From Gammaproteobacteria bacterium (lineage in GTDB: Bacteria; Pseudomonadota; Gammaproteobacteria; CAJXQU01): 64,000 nt of DNA. The stretch is taken from NCBI GenBank assembly GCA_965238175.1, contig CBDEGZ010000003.1, positions 1,408,001-1,472,000 of the forward strand, written 5' to 3'. Each line of letters opens with the position of its first letter. The stretch's first letter is position 1. The position numbers and the translations under genes are program-made. The notes beneath the pieces were generated by a model, which was given only the letters and a program-made list of their open reading frames with translations, did no database searches and was not told the DNA's origin. Below, piece by piece: positions 1 to 9,920 of the stretch.

Positions 1-1
1 G

Positions 2-271
2 AACATGGTCTCTTCAAGCTGGGATGGAAAACGTTTGTACTATACAACATCTCTACTTGGTAACTGGGATAAAAAAGGCGAAGATAACGATCAATTCTTG
101 AAGCTATATCATTGGGATGGCAAAGATATGACAGAGCAATTTGTTGTTGATTTCAACGCTGAAAAATTGGGTCGTGCTCATCAAATCCGATTCGGTGCCT
201 ATTCTCTTTATGGTCAACAAGCAAAATATGGTCAAGAAGAAGGTGCTAATTTAGCGATGCAAGCTGAATAG
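2..271 (+). CDS. mtoX: Methanethiol oxidase / selenium-binding protein SBP56 family, C-terminal part (5' truncated by window edge)
   Basis: SWDGKRLYYTTSLLGNWDK...VDF...GRAHQIRF matches the SBP56/MTO C-terminus; followed by SCO/MauG as in known mto clusters. Confidence 0.85.
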   Translation, partial: NMVSSSWDGKRLYYTTSLLGNWDKKGEDNDQFLKLYHWDGKDMTEQFVVDFNAEKLGRAHQIRFGAYSLYGQQAKYGQEEGANLAMQAE

Positions 272-296
272 TAGGTTGTTGAGTAAAAGCTAATAC

Positions 297-2294
297 ATGA
301 AATATCTTGGTGCTAAAATAAATGTAATTTTATTTTCAATATTTTTATCAAGTTTAAGTTCAGCAGAGGAAGCTGCTGGAGATAAGAAGAAGCAGGTAGA
401 ATTACTTGCACCAGGATATGGAGAATTAGATTTTGAAGCACCAAAAGCAGGTAGTTATAAGCTGCCTGCTTTTGGTTTTGCTAAGGATGCTAAGGTCCTG
501 AATGTTGATCGTGAAGAGGTCAGTTTCCACGATTTATTTAAGAACAAATACACCCTGCTTAGTTTTATCTATACAAGTTGTAATGATGTTAATGGTTGTC
601 CATTAACTCACCTTGTTTTTAATCGCATAAAAAGTCTTGCCGAAGAAACTCCGGCATTAGCCAAAAATCTTAGGTTAATCAGTATGAGTTTTGATCCTAA
701 GAATGATACTCCAGAAGCTTTAAAGGTACTCACGCAAGAAGATCATAGTCAACACGAAGGTCATCATGGTGATCATCAAGGTCATGACATGTCTAAAAAA
801 GATGAAGTTGACTGGGTTTATTTAACAACAGACTCGACAGTCACTTTAGATCCAATTTTGGATGATTATGATCAATCGGTACAAAATCAAATAAATGAAG
901 ATGGGACTCAATCAGAAAATTTTTCTCATATATTGCGTGTTTATCTAATTGATCCCAAAAATAATATAAGAAATATTTATAGTGTTGCGTTTTTACACCC
1001 TGATATCATTATCAATGATGTTAAGACACTATTAATGGAAGATAATATTTCGTTAGATGGAGAAACCCAACTCTTTAGTAAAATAGCGTTAGATGAGGAG
1101 CGTGTACGCATAGGTCCTGGAGATAGTAAAGAAGGTTACGATTCGGTGGACTACAAAAGTGATTCCATCGCAATTGCAGCACGAAAAGGACAAAAAACAG
1201 ATCTAATGAAAGTGGTTGAAAATCCACCTTTAGGTTTGCCTGAAATTCCCATTCCAGAAGATAATCCTATTACTAATGAAAAAGTCCAGTTAGGTAAAAA
1301 ACTGTTTTTTGATCGCCGCTTGTCACTAAACGAGACTATCTCCTGTGCCATGTGTCATATTCCTGAGCAAGGCTTTAGTAGTAATGAAGTGGAGACTTCA
1401 CTAGGATTTGAAGGGCGTTCTGTACGGCGTAATGCACCAACAGTCTATAACACAGCCTACCTGACAAAACTTTTTCATGATGCGCGAGAAACGACTCTTG
1501 AAAATCAGGTGTGGCAGCCTCTTATCGCACGTAATGAAATGGCTATGCCATCGATTGGCAAGGTTATCGAAAAGATCAGAAACTTATCGGATTACAAAGG
1601 TTTGTTCGAAGAGGCATTTGAAGGCAAGCACGCAGATGTTGTGAATATAGGTCAGGCAATAGCGAGTTATCAACGTACTTTGGTTTCTGGCAACTCAGCT
1701 TTTGATCGGTGGTATTACACGAAGGAAGAAGGTGCTATTTCTGAAGATGCAAAACGGGGTTTTGAATTATTCATAGGTAAAGCTGGATGTGTAGCCTGTC
1801 ATCAGATCAATGATGAGTATGCATTGTTTATGGATAATAAATTGCACAATACAGGTCTTGGTTGGAATATCTCTATGCGCAAAGAACCTGAAAAGGAAAG
1901 GATGCTAATCGCACCAGGTGTTTATTTGGATGTGAAAAATTCTGCGAGAAAGAAGGTAGGTCATGCGGTTGAAGGTGATGTTGGATACTATGAAGTAACA
2001 CAAAATCCAGCCGATAGATGGCGTTATCGTACACCAACCTTAAGGAATGTTTCACTAACCGCACCTTATATGCACGATGGTTCCATGAGCTCTTTAGAGG
2101 AAGTTGTAAAATTTTATAATCAAGGTGGTTTTAAAAATGAAACACAATCACCATTAATGAAACCACTTAACTTATCAGAGACAGAAAGAAATGAACTTGT
2201 TGGATTCTTAAAGACTCTTACAGGAGATAATGTTTCTGAAATCATTTCAGATGCGTTCGCAACACCCATTGGTGATGTTCATAATTCAGAATAG
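297..2294 (+). CDS. SCO1/SenC domain - MauG-like diheme cytochrome c peroxidase fusion (MTO maturation)
   Basis: Signal peptide; SCO-like FIYTSCNDVNGCP and FSH; two heme motifs CAMCH and CVACH; RNAPT and TPTLRNVSLTAPYMHDG. Confidence 0.88.
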   Translation: MKYLGAKINVILFSIFLSSLSSAEEAAGDKKKQVELLAPGYGELDFEAPKAGSYKLPAFGFAKDAKVLNVDREEVSFHDLFKNKYTLLSFIYTSCNDVNGCPLTHLVFNRIKSLAEETPALAKNLRLISMSFDPKNDTPEALKVLTQEDHSQHEGHHGDHQGHDMSKKDEVDWVYLTTDSTVTLDPILDDYDQSVQNQINEDGTQSENFSHILRVYLIDPKNNIRNIYSVAFLHPDIIINDVKTLLMEDNISLDGETQLFSKIALDEERVRIGPGDSKEGYDSVDYKSDSIAIAARKGQKTDLMKVVENPPLGLPEIPIPEDNPITNEKVQLGKKLFFDRRLSLNETISCAMCHIPEQGFSSNEVETSLGFEGRSVRRNAPTVYNTAYLTKLFHDARETTLENQVWQPLIARNEMAMPSIGKVIEKIRNLSDYKGLFEEAFEGKHADVVNIGQAIASYQRTLVSGNSAFDRWYYTKEEGAISEDAKRGFELFIGKAGCVACHQINDEYALFMDNKLHNTGLGWNISMRKEPEKERMLIAPGVYLDVKNSARKKVGHAVEGDVGYYEVTQNPADRWRYRTPTLRNVSLTAPYMHDGSMSSLEEVVKFYNQGGFKNETQSPLMKPLNLSETERNELVGFLKTLTGDNVSEIISDAFATPIGDVHNSE

Positions 2295-2325
2295 AGATTT
2301 TATATAGTAAGAACTTTAATATTCT

Positions 2326-2823
2326 ATGCGCACAATAATAATTTTTATCCTTCTTATATTCGCGTCAATTCTCCCTGCGGTAGATGAGCCTTTGATGACT
2401 CAACTTGATGTGCCAGTTGCTGCAACAGATTTTACTTTGCCGGATATCAATAAAGATCTAATTAAATTTTCTGATTATAAAGGTAAGTTTATCTTGGTGA
2501 ATTTCTGGGCGATGTGGTGTCCACCTTGTGTAAAAGAATTTCCATCAATGCAAACACTATATGAAACTATTGGGAATGAGAATCTTGAAATAATTGCTGT
2601 TCATGCAGGACCAGTAGAAAGTGATATAGAATCGTTCGTGCAAACTCATAATATTTCTTTTAAGGTTCTTATTGACAAAGATGTAATCGTTAAAGGTTGG
2701 AAAGTAGCAGGGTTACCAATAAGTTACTTGGTTAACCCAGATGGAAAAATTATATATCAGGCAATCGGCCCAAGAGATTGGGACGTTGATGCAATGAGAG
2801 AATTGATTAGTTTTATAAATTAA
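2326..2823 (+). CDS. TlpA/ResA-family thiol-disulfide oxidoreductase
   Basis: VNFWAMWCPPCVKEFP motif; N-terminal hydrophobic anchor. Confidence 0.9.
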   Translation: MRTIIIFILLIFASILPAVDEPLMTQLDVPVAATDFTLPDINKDLIKFSDYKGKFILVNFWAMWCPPCVKEFPSMQTLYETIGNENLEIIAVHAGPVESDIESFVQTHNISFKVLIDKDVIVKGWKVAGLPISYLVNPDGKIIYQAIGPRDWDVDAMRELISFIN

Positions 2824-2837
2824 AGTTTATCCCTTTT

Positions 2838-3788
2838 TTAGAAACTATCTTCTTCCATTTCACGAAAAAGTCTCGCAGCATTTTGTTTAGCGAGTTCTTC
2901 ATAGGTATCTAAATGTTCATATGCAGATTGATCAATAAGATACGCGTCGTCGAGCTCCATATCATCATCTAGTAATTTTTCTATCTCACCGCGCATATAT
3001 TCCAGATAACCTTTTGTATATTTTGTAACAGTTTCTATATCGGTAGGCACACCGTGACCAGGAATAATATGAGTCACATTCAATGCAGCAAATTTATCAA
3101 AAGATTCTAACCAGCTAGCCGTATTTGTTTCAGAAAATACGGGTAACATCCGTTGATGAAATGCCATATCCCCTGCGATGATAACGTCATCTTCAGGAAG
3201 GTAAACAGAAATATCTCCCGTCGAGTGAGATGGTCCAAAATAAACGAGTTCAATTCGTTTGTTTCCTAGCTGTATAATTTTTTTGTCTGAAAAACTGATA
3301 TCAGGGATAACAATACTGGTATTTTCAGATCGATCTTTATTGTATTTTTGCATACGTTCAAGTGAATCAGAACCGTGTTCAATAATCTCATTGATCGCAT
3401 CATCATGAGCAATAATGCTAACACCTTGTTCGCGCCAATAACTGTTACCTAGCATAGCGTGTCCTTGCGCATTTTCATCGACAACATATCGTATAGGTTG
3501 ATCCGTAAGAGCCCGAATTTCACTGTGTAAGCTCTTCGCTAATTGGTACGAAGCACCACCATTAACTACGAGTACACCATCATGGCTGATCACAAAACTA
3601 AGATTATTATTATGTCCAGCATTTTCATAGGTTGGTGGTTGTGTTGCACCAATTGCTGACCAAACACCAGGAACAACCTCGATCGGTTTTGAATAAAGTT
3701 CAGATTTAGGATATTTGTCTGGATCATCATCTGCTATGCAGCCAAAACTGATCATTAAAAAGAAGTTGATTAGATAAAGTTTTAGCAT
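2838..3788 (-). CDS. Exported SoxH-like metallo-beta-lactamase-fold protein with degenerate metal motif
   Basis: Signal peptide; ENAQGHAMLGN in place of HxHxDH; PSHSTGD, IAGD, IIPGHG. Confidence 0.75.
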   Translation of the reverse strand: MLKLYLINFFLMISFGCIADDDPDKYPKSELYSKPIEVVPGVWSAIGATQPPTYENAGHNNNLSFVISHDGVLVVNGGASYQLAKSLHSEIRALTDQPIRYVVDENAQGHAMLGNSYWREQGVSIIAHDDAINEIIEHGSDSLERMQKYNKDRSENTSIVIPDISFSDKKIIQLGNKRIELVYFGPSHSTGDISVYLPEDDVIIAGDMAFHQRMLPVFSETNTASWLESFDKFAALNVTHIIPGHGVPTDIETVTKYTKGYLEYMRGEIEKLLDDDMELDDAYLIDQSAYEHLDTYEELAKQNAARLFREMEEDSF

Positions 3789-3953
3789 AGTGATATTCCA
3801 AATTGTTAGACGAGTGGAATTAATTATGGGTATATATAATTTCTACATTCATAATAATGGAGTAGATATATGCTCTCAATATAGCTTTAGATATATGTAC
3901 TTATATTTTTGCCTAAATAGATCTAAAAATATGCTCAAAATTAGATAAATCTA

Positions 3954-3998
3954 TACGTACTAATACGAGTTAGATTCTATTCTAATTATGTATACAGT
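3954..3998 (+). promoter_or_regulatory. Palindromic box TACGTA-CTAA-TACGAG abutting putative -35 (TTAGAT) and -10 (TACAGT)
   Basis: Box 3954-3969, hexamer 3970-3975, 17-nt spacer, TACAGT 3993-3998; same geometry at three other promoters. Confidence 0.6.
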
Positions 3999-4093
3999 TT
4001 TTGACTGTATAATTCCGTTTAGTGTTGAAGAACGGAAGGATTTATTTAGCGCTTATCGGCTGTTTCACAATAAATAATTAAAGAGAAACAATT

Positions 4094-5128
4094 ATGTCTG
4101 AGAATACTTTCTACACAGCAGAACAACATGGCGAATTTGATGTTTATGAACTAGGTGATTTTGCTCTCGAAAAAGGTGCGATATTAGAGAAAGCTACCTT
4201 AGCTTACAAAACATTTGGTCAACTGAATGACAATGGTGACAATGCGATTTTATTTCCTGTTATGTTCTCTGGGACGCATGCAGCAATGGCGCCGTACGTG
4301 GGTGAAGGCTTGCCGTTTGATCCAGCTAAATATTTTATTGTTATTCCAAATCAACTAGGAGGGGGATTGTCTACTTCCCCGCATAATAGTCAAGAGCCGA
4401 CTTCTTTTCCTGAATTAAGTATCAGTGACGATGTGCGTGCTCAACATCAGTTATTAACAGAACATCTGGGCGTGAAACATTTACAATTGGTGACAGGGTG
4501 GTCGATGGGAGCACAACAAACTTATGAATGGGCCGTGCGTTATGCCGATATGGTTGAACGAGCTGCGCCTATTGCAGGGACTGCGAAAACAACGCATCAC
4601 TGTGCTTTATATGTAGATGTTTTCTGTGAAGCATTAACTTCTGATCCAGCATGGGATGAAGGCACATACTCAAACTCAACTGATGTCGATCAAGGTTTGA
4701 GACGTATGGCGCGAGTTTTTGCCATGATGGGTGCTTCTCATGAACTTTTTAATAGTGAAGGGTGGAAGGATATTGGTATTCCTTCTAAAGAAGGATTTCT
4801 GAGTGGTTTTTGGGAAGCCTGGTTTGCACCAATGGATCCTAACAATCTACTGGCTATGGCTAAAAAATGGCGTTCTGGTGATGTGAGTTCACATGCGGAT
4901 GGTGACTTGGCGAAAGCATTAGGACAAGTAACTGCAAAAGTTTTTGTAATTGCTTTTGAGAGAGACATGTTTATAGATCTGGCCGATTGTGAAAAAGAAC
5001 AAAAAATGATCAAGGGCAGTGAATTGGTTACGATACCAGGCTTATGGGGACATTTCTCAATGTTAGGTGTTAATCCTAAAGACTTTGAAACAGTTAATAA
5101 AAGTTTTGAGAGATTATTGGCTCTTTGA
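4094..5128 (+). CDS. Alpha/beta hydrolase, homoserine O-acetyltransferase (MetX)-like
   Basis: LAYKTFGQLN; GWSMG nucleophile; Asp (ERD) and His (WGH); lacks MetX HALTG. Confidence 0.8.
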   Translation: MSENTFYTAEQHGEFDVYELGDFALEKGAILEKATLAYKTFGQLNDNGDNAILFPVMFSGTHAAMAPYVGEGLPFDPAKYFIVIPNQLGGGLSTSPHNSQEPTSFPELSISDDVRAQHQLLTEHLGVKHLQLVTGWSMGAQQTYEWAVRYADMVERAAPIAGTAKTTHHCALYVDVFCEALTSDPAWDEGTYSNSTDVDQGLRRMARVFAMMGASHELFNSEGWKDIGIPSKEGFLSGFWEAWFAPMDPNNLLAMAKKWRSGDVSSHADGDLAKALGQVTAKVFVIAFERDMFIDLADCEKEQKMIKGSELVTIPGLWGHFSMLGVNPKDFETVNKSFERLLAL

Positions 5129-5313
5129 GTATCTTCAATTACCTAAATATTTTTTAATTAATAGCTAGAATGGGGTTAATAGTTATCACACGAATTATCT
5201 TAATGATAAAAAGTACAAAGTTAATCTGATACAGTTCGTATGGAACGTTACAGTCGTTTATTTGAAGTTAGTTTAAATAATAAATTGTTTATTAAGTTTT
5301 AAGGAAAATAATT

Positions 5314-6477
5314 ATGTATTCGGATGTTAGTAAAATTATTGATACCTTCGGCGATATTAGCCGGGGTGTAATCGCTGAAGATGCTGAAATTACAGATAGT
5401 CAGGCTAAATGGCCTGAACGTGGTATTCGTATTTTACAGAATGAGGGTTTAGGTGGCCTTACGATCCCTAAAGAGTATGGAGGTTTAGGGCAAGGCACAA
5501 AGACACTTGCTCAGGCTTGTGAAATTATTGGGCAGCATTGTGCAAGTACATCAATTTGTTTTGGTATGCATTGTGTAGCAAGCGCCGTTATTGCTTCAAA
5601 AGTGACAGATTACCAGCAAGAGAACTATTTAATCCCAATCTGCGAAGGCAAGCATCTGACGACTTTATCGCTCAGTGAAGCAGGTTCAGGATCACATTTT
5701 TATTTACCAGAAACACGTATGCAGCGCACATCAATACGTGAGCACAAGGTGCATGGTGAGAAAACATTTGCAACGAATGGTGGGATGGCTGATTCGTACG
5801 TTGTTTCTGCAGTGTCTGAAGACCCTGAACAACCGTCTGGACAGTTTAATTGTGTCATGATCAATAACGATAGCCCAGGGCTTCGCTGGGGAGATCCATG
5901 GGCTGGACTTGGTATGCGAGGAAACAGCTCAAGGAGTATGAATCTCGAAGGTGTTAAGATTTTAGATGATGACATATTAGGAAATTACGGTGATCAGATC
6001 TGGTACGTTTTTAACGTGATCACTCCCTACTTTTTGACTGCGATCGCAGGGGCTTATCTTGGTGTAGCACGTGCTGCGATAGAGGAGGTAAGGCAGCATG
6101 TTAAGGCTAGAGTGTATTCACATAATGGTAAGAGCCTTGCGTCTTCTTCTGTGACTCAATATCAGCTAGGTATTTTGTGGTCGAAATATGCGCGAACGCG
6201 TGCGTTAGTCTATTACGCAACAGAATGCTACGACAGAGATGTTAGTGAGAATATGGTTGATCTGTTTGCGGCCAAGTCAGAAGTTGCAGACTCTGTTGTA
6301 GAAATCGTCAATGATGCAATGACACTTTGTGGGGGTACTGCATATCGAGATGGTTCTAAACTCAATAGAATGTTGAGAGATGCACGTGCTTCACATGTGA
6401 TGTCACCAACGACCGATATGCTTAGAGTATGGACAGGTCGTTATCTACTTGATCAGCCATTACTAACAGATACATGA
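5314..6477 (+). CDS. Acyl-CoA dehydrogenase-fold flavoprotein (no canonical catalytic Glu)
   Basis: LSEAGSGS, GEKTFATNG, GLGMRGNSS, GGTAY, RMLRDARASHVM. Confidence 0.85.
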   Translation: MYSDVSKIIDTFGDISRGVIAEDAEITDSQAKWPERGIRILQNEGLGGLTIPKEYGGLGQGTKTLAQACEIIGQHCASTSICFGMHCVASAVIASKVTDYQQENYLIPICEGKHLTTLSLSEAGSGSHFYLPETRMQRTSIREHKVHGEKTFATNGGMADSYVVSAVSEDPEQPSGQFNCVMINNDSPGLRWGDPWAGLGMRGNSSRSMNLEGVKILDDDILGNYGDQIWYVFNVITPYFLTAIAGAYLGVARAAIEEVRQHVKARVYSHNGKSLASSSVTQYQLGILWSKYARTRALVYYATECYDRDVSENMVDLFAAKSEVADSVVEIVNDAMTLCGGTAYRDGSKLNRMLRDARASHVMSPTTDMLRVWTGRYLLDQPLLTDT

Positions 6478-8408
6478 GCACTCGAATTTCCTTACTTTCA
6501 ACGGAGAAGTCTTTACTTGATTATTTAAATAAGTGGTTGAGTGCTGGAGCCTATTTAGAATATCTCGAACAGCCTGAGTCTCTCTATCATTGTTTAAAAG
6601 AAAATTGTGGTGCGCCGGATATCGTTGTAGTTGGATTAACTGTACAAGAGCCGATCAGGATCGCAGAACATATTCTTGTGATGAAACGCGGGATCAAGAT
6701 TGTTATTCTTTCTACGAACAGCCAACAGAATGTTTTACAGAAGGCCATACAGTTCTCACCTTTCTTAAACTCGGATGTCATTTCATATGAATTCAAAGAA
6801 CAAGAACAACTACTTAAGAAGTTACAGAGTCTAGTCAATATTCTTGAGAAGCAAAGGGTCTATGCAAACACCATCGCTGGAGTAGAGAAAGAAAGAAAGG
6901 CTATTTTACCAACGAGACCATTAGTCGCTAATTATCTAGATACGCTATTAGATAGAATACCCATTGGTATTATTAACCTTGATGCTAAGGGGAGAATTCT
7001 AAATCTCAATAGCCGTGCTCAGAGCTTGTTAAGGCACAGTGAAAGGGAGCTGGTGGGTACGATTTTCCCGACCTTGTTTTCAGATCAAGAAGTACAAAAT
7101 GTTGAGCAGATGGTCGAGCATTCACTTAGAGGTGATGAGGAGAATAATTCACATATAGTGTGCGTATCGTTTTCCGATCAAAAACGATACCTTGATATTA
7201 GTATCTCGTTAATTTCAGGTAATACTTTAGAAGCCATTCTGACCGTTATTATGCAAGAGGTTACAGATAAGGTGCGAGAGGAAAGGAAAAGGAAAAAAGC
7301 TGAGAAAGCATTGAAAGAAAATGAACAGCAGATGAGTTTGGTTATAGATTCAATTCCTGAACTCATTGCCTACGTAGATGCAGATTTGGCTTATCAGTTT
7401 AACAACAAAGCATTTGAGAACTGGTTTGGTTTCACTCGTGATGAAATAAAAGGGAAAAAAGTCTGGCAAGTCATTGGAAAAAAACCATATGCGGTGTTGG
7501 AGAAATACGTCAAGAAAGTAATGGCCGGGGTAACGATCACGTTTGAAGAAAAACTCAACTATCCTTACCGTGGCGAAGTGTATATCCGAAGTACTTATGT
7601 GCCGAATTTTGACGACGAGTGTAAAGTCTGTGGATTCTTTCTACTAACATCTGATATTACACAATCTAAAAATAATGAAGAAGGTGAGAAGAAGCATTTA
7701 CTTGAACTTGCTCACACTTCAAGGATTATTACACTGGGTGAGATGAGTTCGCAATTGTCACATGAACTAGCGCAGCCACTTACTTCTATAGAAACATACA
7801 GTCGCGCATGTATCAAGTTGATTGAAAAAGGTCGGATTGAGATGTCCGAGATAAAAGATACTTTCGAGAATATCTCTAGTCAGGCTATGCGTGCACATGA
7901 TGTTATGCATGAGCTTAGAAACTTTGTTAAAAAAGATGCATCTCGAACAAATGTATCAATTAATGATCTGATCAAATCGGCTATAAAATTATTGCAAATT
8001 GAGTTTCGCGAACCTCAACCAGACATTAATCTTGAGTTGAGTGAAGCACTACCACAGATTTTTGCTGATCGTACATTAATCGAACAAGTTTTGATTAATT
8101 TGGTGAAAAATGCTTTAGAAGCAATGGAGGCACTCGAAAAGTCAAAACGTAATTTGACCTTGCAAACAGAATTGCTAAAAGGCTCTGAGATCATGGTTTC
8201 GGTTCAGGATAGTGGTCCAGGTTTATCGGATTACGAATTCAGTAAAATTTTTGAAGCATTTTATACAACAAAACCTGATGGTATGGGTATGGGGCTGGCA
8301 ATTACTCGATCAGTAATAGATGCACACGGTGGTGAGTTGAAAGTTATGCCAAATAGTTTAGGTGGAACAACATTCAACTTTACCTTACCTACAATAAACA
8401 CTCATTAG
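6474..8408 (+). CDS. Cytoplasmic PAS-PAS sensor histidine kinase (FixL-like) with N-terminal receiver-like domain
   Basis: H-box SHELAQPL, N-box NLVKNA, DSGPG, FYTTKPDGMGMGLAI; ATGA overlap with upstream gene; no obvious TM helix. Confidence 0.9.
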   Translation: MSTRISLLSTEKSLLDYLNKWLSAGAYLEYLEQPESLYHCLKENCGAPDIVVVGLTVQEPIRIAEHILVMKRGIKIVILSTNSQQNVLQKAIQFSPFLNSDVISYEFKEQEQLLKKLQSLVNILEKQRVYANTIAGVEKERKAILPTRPLVANYLDTLLDRIPIGIINLDAKGRILNLNSRAQSLLRHSERELVGTIFPTLFSDQEVQNVEQMVEHSLRGDEENNSHIVCVSFSDQKRYLDISISLISGNTLEAILTVIMQEVTDKVREERKRKKAEKALKENEQQMSLVIDSIPELIAYVDADLAYQFNNKAFENWFGFTRDEIKGKKVWQVIGKKPYAVLEKYVKKVMAGVTITFEEKLNYPYRGEVYIRSTYVPNFDDECKVCGFFLLTSDITQSKNNEEGEKKHLLELAHTSRIITLGEMSSQLSHELAQPLTSIETYSRACIKLIEKGRIEMSEIKDTFENISSQAMRAHDVMHELRNFVKKDASRTNVSINDLIKSAIKLLQIEFREPQPDINLELSEALPQIFADRTLIEQVLINLVKNALEAMEALEKSKRNLTLQTELLKGSEIMVSVQDSGPGLSDYEFSKIFEAFYTTKPDGMGMGLAITRSVIDAHGGELKVMPNSLGGTTFNFTLPTINTH

Positions 8409-8418
8409 TGGGAATGAT

Positions 8419-9033
8419 ATGGAAAATGTATATATAGTTGATGATGATCCAGCGGTACGTGATTCTTTATCGATGCTTCTAAAATCTGAAGATTACAATC
8501 CTACTCAGTTTTCTAATCCTAAGGATTTTCTTAAGAGTGCGGATGGCTTATCCGAGGGTATTATTATTCTTGATCTATGCATGCCAGAACTAACGGGCCT
8601 AGAGGTAATGCAAGAGTTGATCAAACAAGGGAATACATTACCAATTATTTGTATTACTGGGCATGGTGATGTTCCTACTTCAGTTCAGGCGCTTAAAATG
8701 GGCGCTTACGATTTTCTTGAGAAGCCTTATGACTCTTCGTACTTAATAGAACGAATTAAAGACTGTACAAAAGATGAGCTTGGCCAAAGACACTGGGATA
8801 TTAACAGTCTTCGTGCAAAAGAAATGATCACTAAATTAACGCCTAGAGAATATGAAGTGATGGAAGGCATGGTTGATGGTTTTAGAAATAAACAAATTGC
8901 CTATAACATGGATATTAGTATTAGAACTGTCGAGCTTCACCGCGTTCATGTGATGGATAAATTTGAAGCAAAGTCGCTTGCAGATGTTTTGAAGATTGCT
9001 ATTGCAGCAGACTACAAGTACTCAAAAATATAA
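8419..9033 (+). CDS. FixJ/NarL-family response regulator (REC + LuxR HTH)
   Basis: VDDD, LDLCMP, TGHGDV, FLEKP, LTPRE...NKQIA...SIRTVELHR. Confidence 0.93.
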   Translation: MENVYIVDDDPAVRDSLSMLLKSEDYNPTQFSNPKDFLKSADGLSEGIIILDLCMPELTGLEVMQELIKQGNTLPIICITGHGDVPTSVQALKMGAYDFLEKPYDSSYLIERIKDCTKDELGQRHWDINSLRAKEMITKLTPREYEVMEGMVDGFRNKQIAYNMDISIRTVELHRVHVMDKFEAKSLADVLKIAIAADYKYSKI

Positions 9034-9100
9034 TACTATTAATAGATCAAAATCATTTTGATCTGAATCGTTCTACCTGGATCATTCTACTCGAATTATT

Positions 9101-9916
9101 CTAAAATAGTGTTTCGATCATTTCGTGTAATACAACAATAATTTCCCGATCGTCCGATAAAATATTAGCAATAGCGCATTTACAAGCCGCTGATGGTTCA
9201 AAGCCACGGTTAATTAATTTTGCTGTATAGACTAATAAACGTGTGCTTGCTCCTTCACTCAAGCCGTTACCGACGAGATTACGCGTCATGCCTGCAAGTC
9301 TAACAAGACGTTCACATAATTCCTCTGTGAGGCTTGTTTCATCATGAATGATTTTCGTTTCAAATTTTTCCTCAGGATAATCAAAGTCAATGGAGATAAA
9401 TCGCTGTCTTGTACTTGGTTTAAGATCTTTAACGGCGCTTTGATAACCCGGATTATAGGAGATAGTGAGACTAAAATCATCGGTTGCCGGCAACAGTTCA
9501 CCCAGTTTTTCTAGTGGTAGTATTCTTCGATCGTCACACAGAGGATGTATAACGACTGTTGTATCTTTTCTAGCTTCAACAATTTCATCGAGATAGCAGA
9601 AACAACCGTGCTTTACCGCGATTGTCAAAGGACCATCTTGCCAGACAGTGTTGTCTCCTTGAATTAAATAACGTCCTACAAGGTCAGATGTGGTTAAGTC
9701 ATCGTGGCAGGAGACGGTAATTAATGCTCTTTTGTGGTACCAACTCATATATTCCATGAATCTTGTTTTGCCACACCCTGTTGGGCCTTTTAAAAGGACT
9801 GGAATTTTATCAGCAACGGCAGAGTTGAAAATTTCAATTTCATTGGCTGTTGCTAGGTAGTAAGGTTTTTCTTTAATGTAGTTATTCCAGCTTTCTATTA
9901 CGTTTTCTGAGATCAT
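9101..9916 (-). CDS. CbbQ/NirQ/NorQ-family MoxR AAA+ ATPase
   Basis: GPTGCGKTRF Walker A, YLDEIVEAR Walker B, SYNPGYQ, KDLKPSTRQRF. Confidence 0.93.
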   Translation of the reverse strand: MISENVIESWNNYIKEKPYYLATANEIEIFNSAVADKIPVLLKGPTGCGKTRFMEYMSWYHKRALITVSCHDDLTTSDLVGRYLIQGDNTVWQDGPLTIAVKHGCFCYLDEIVEARKDTTVVIHPLCDDRRILPLEKLGELLPATDDFSLTISYNPGYQSAVKDLKPSTRQRFISIDFDYPEEKFETKIIHDETSLTEELCERLVRLAGMTRNLVGNGLSEGASTRLLVYTAKLINRGFEPSAACKCAIANILSDDREIIVVLHEMIETLF

Positions 9917-9920
9917 ATTT

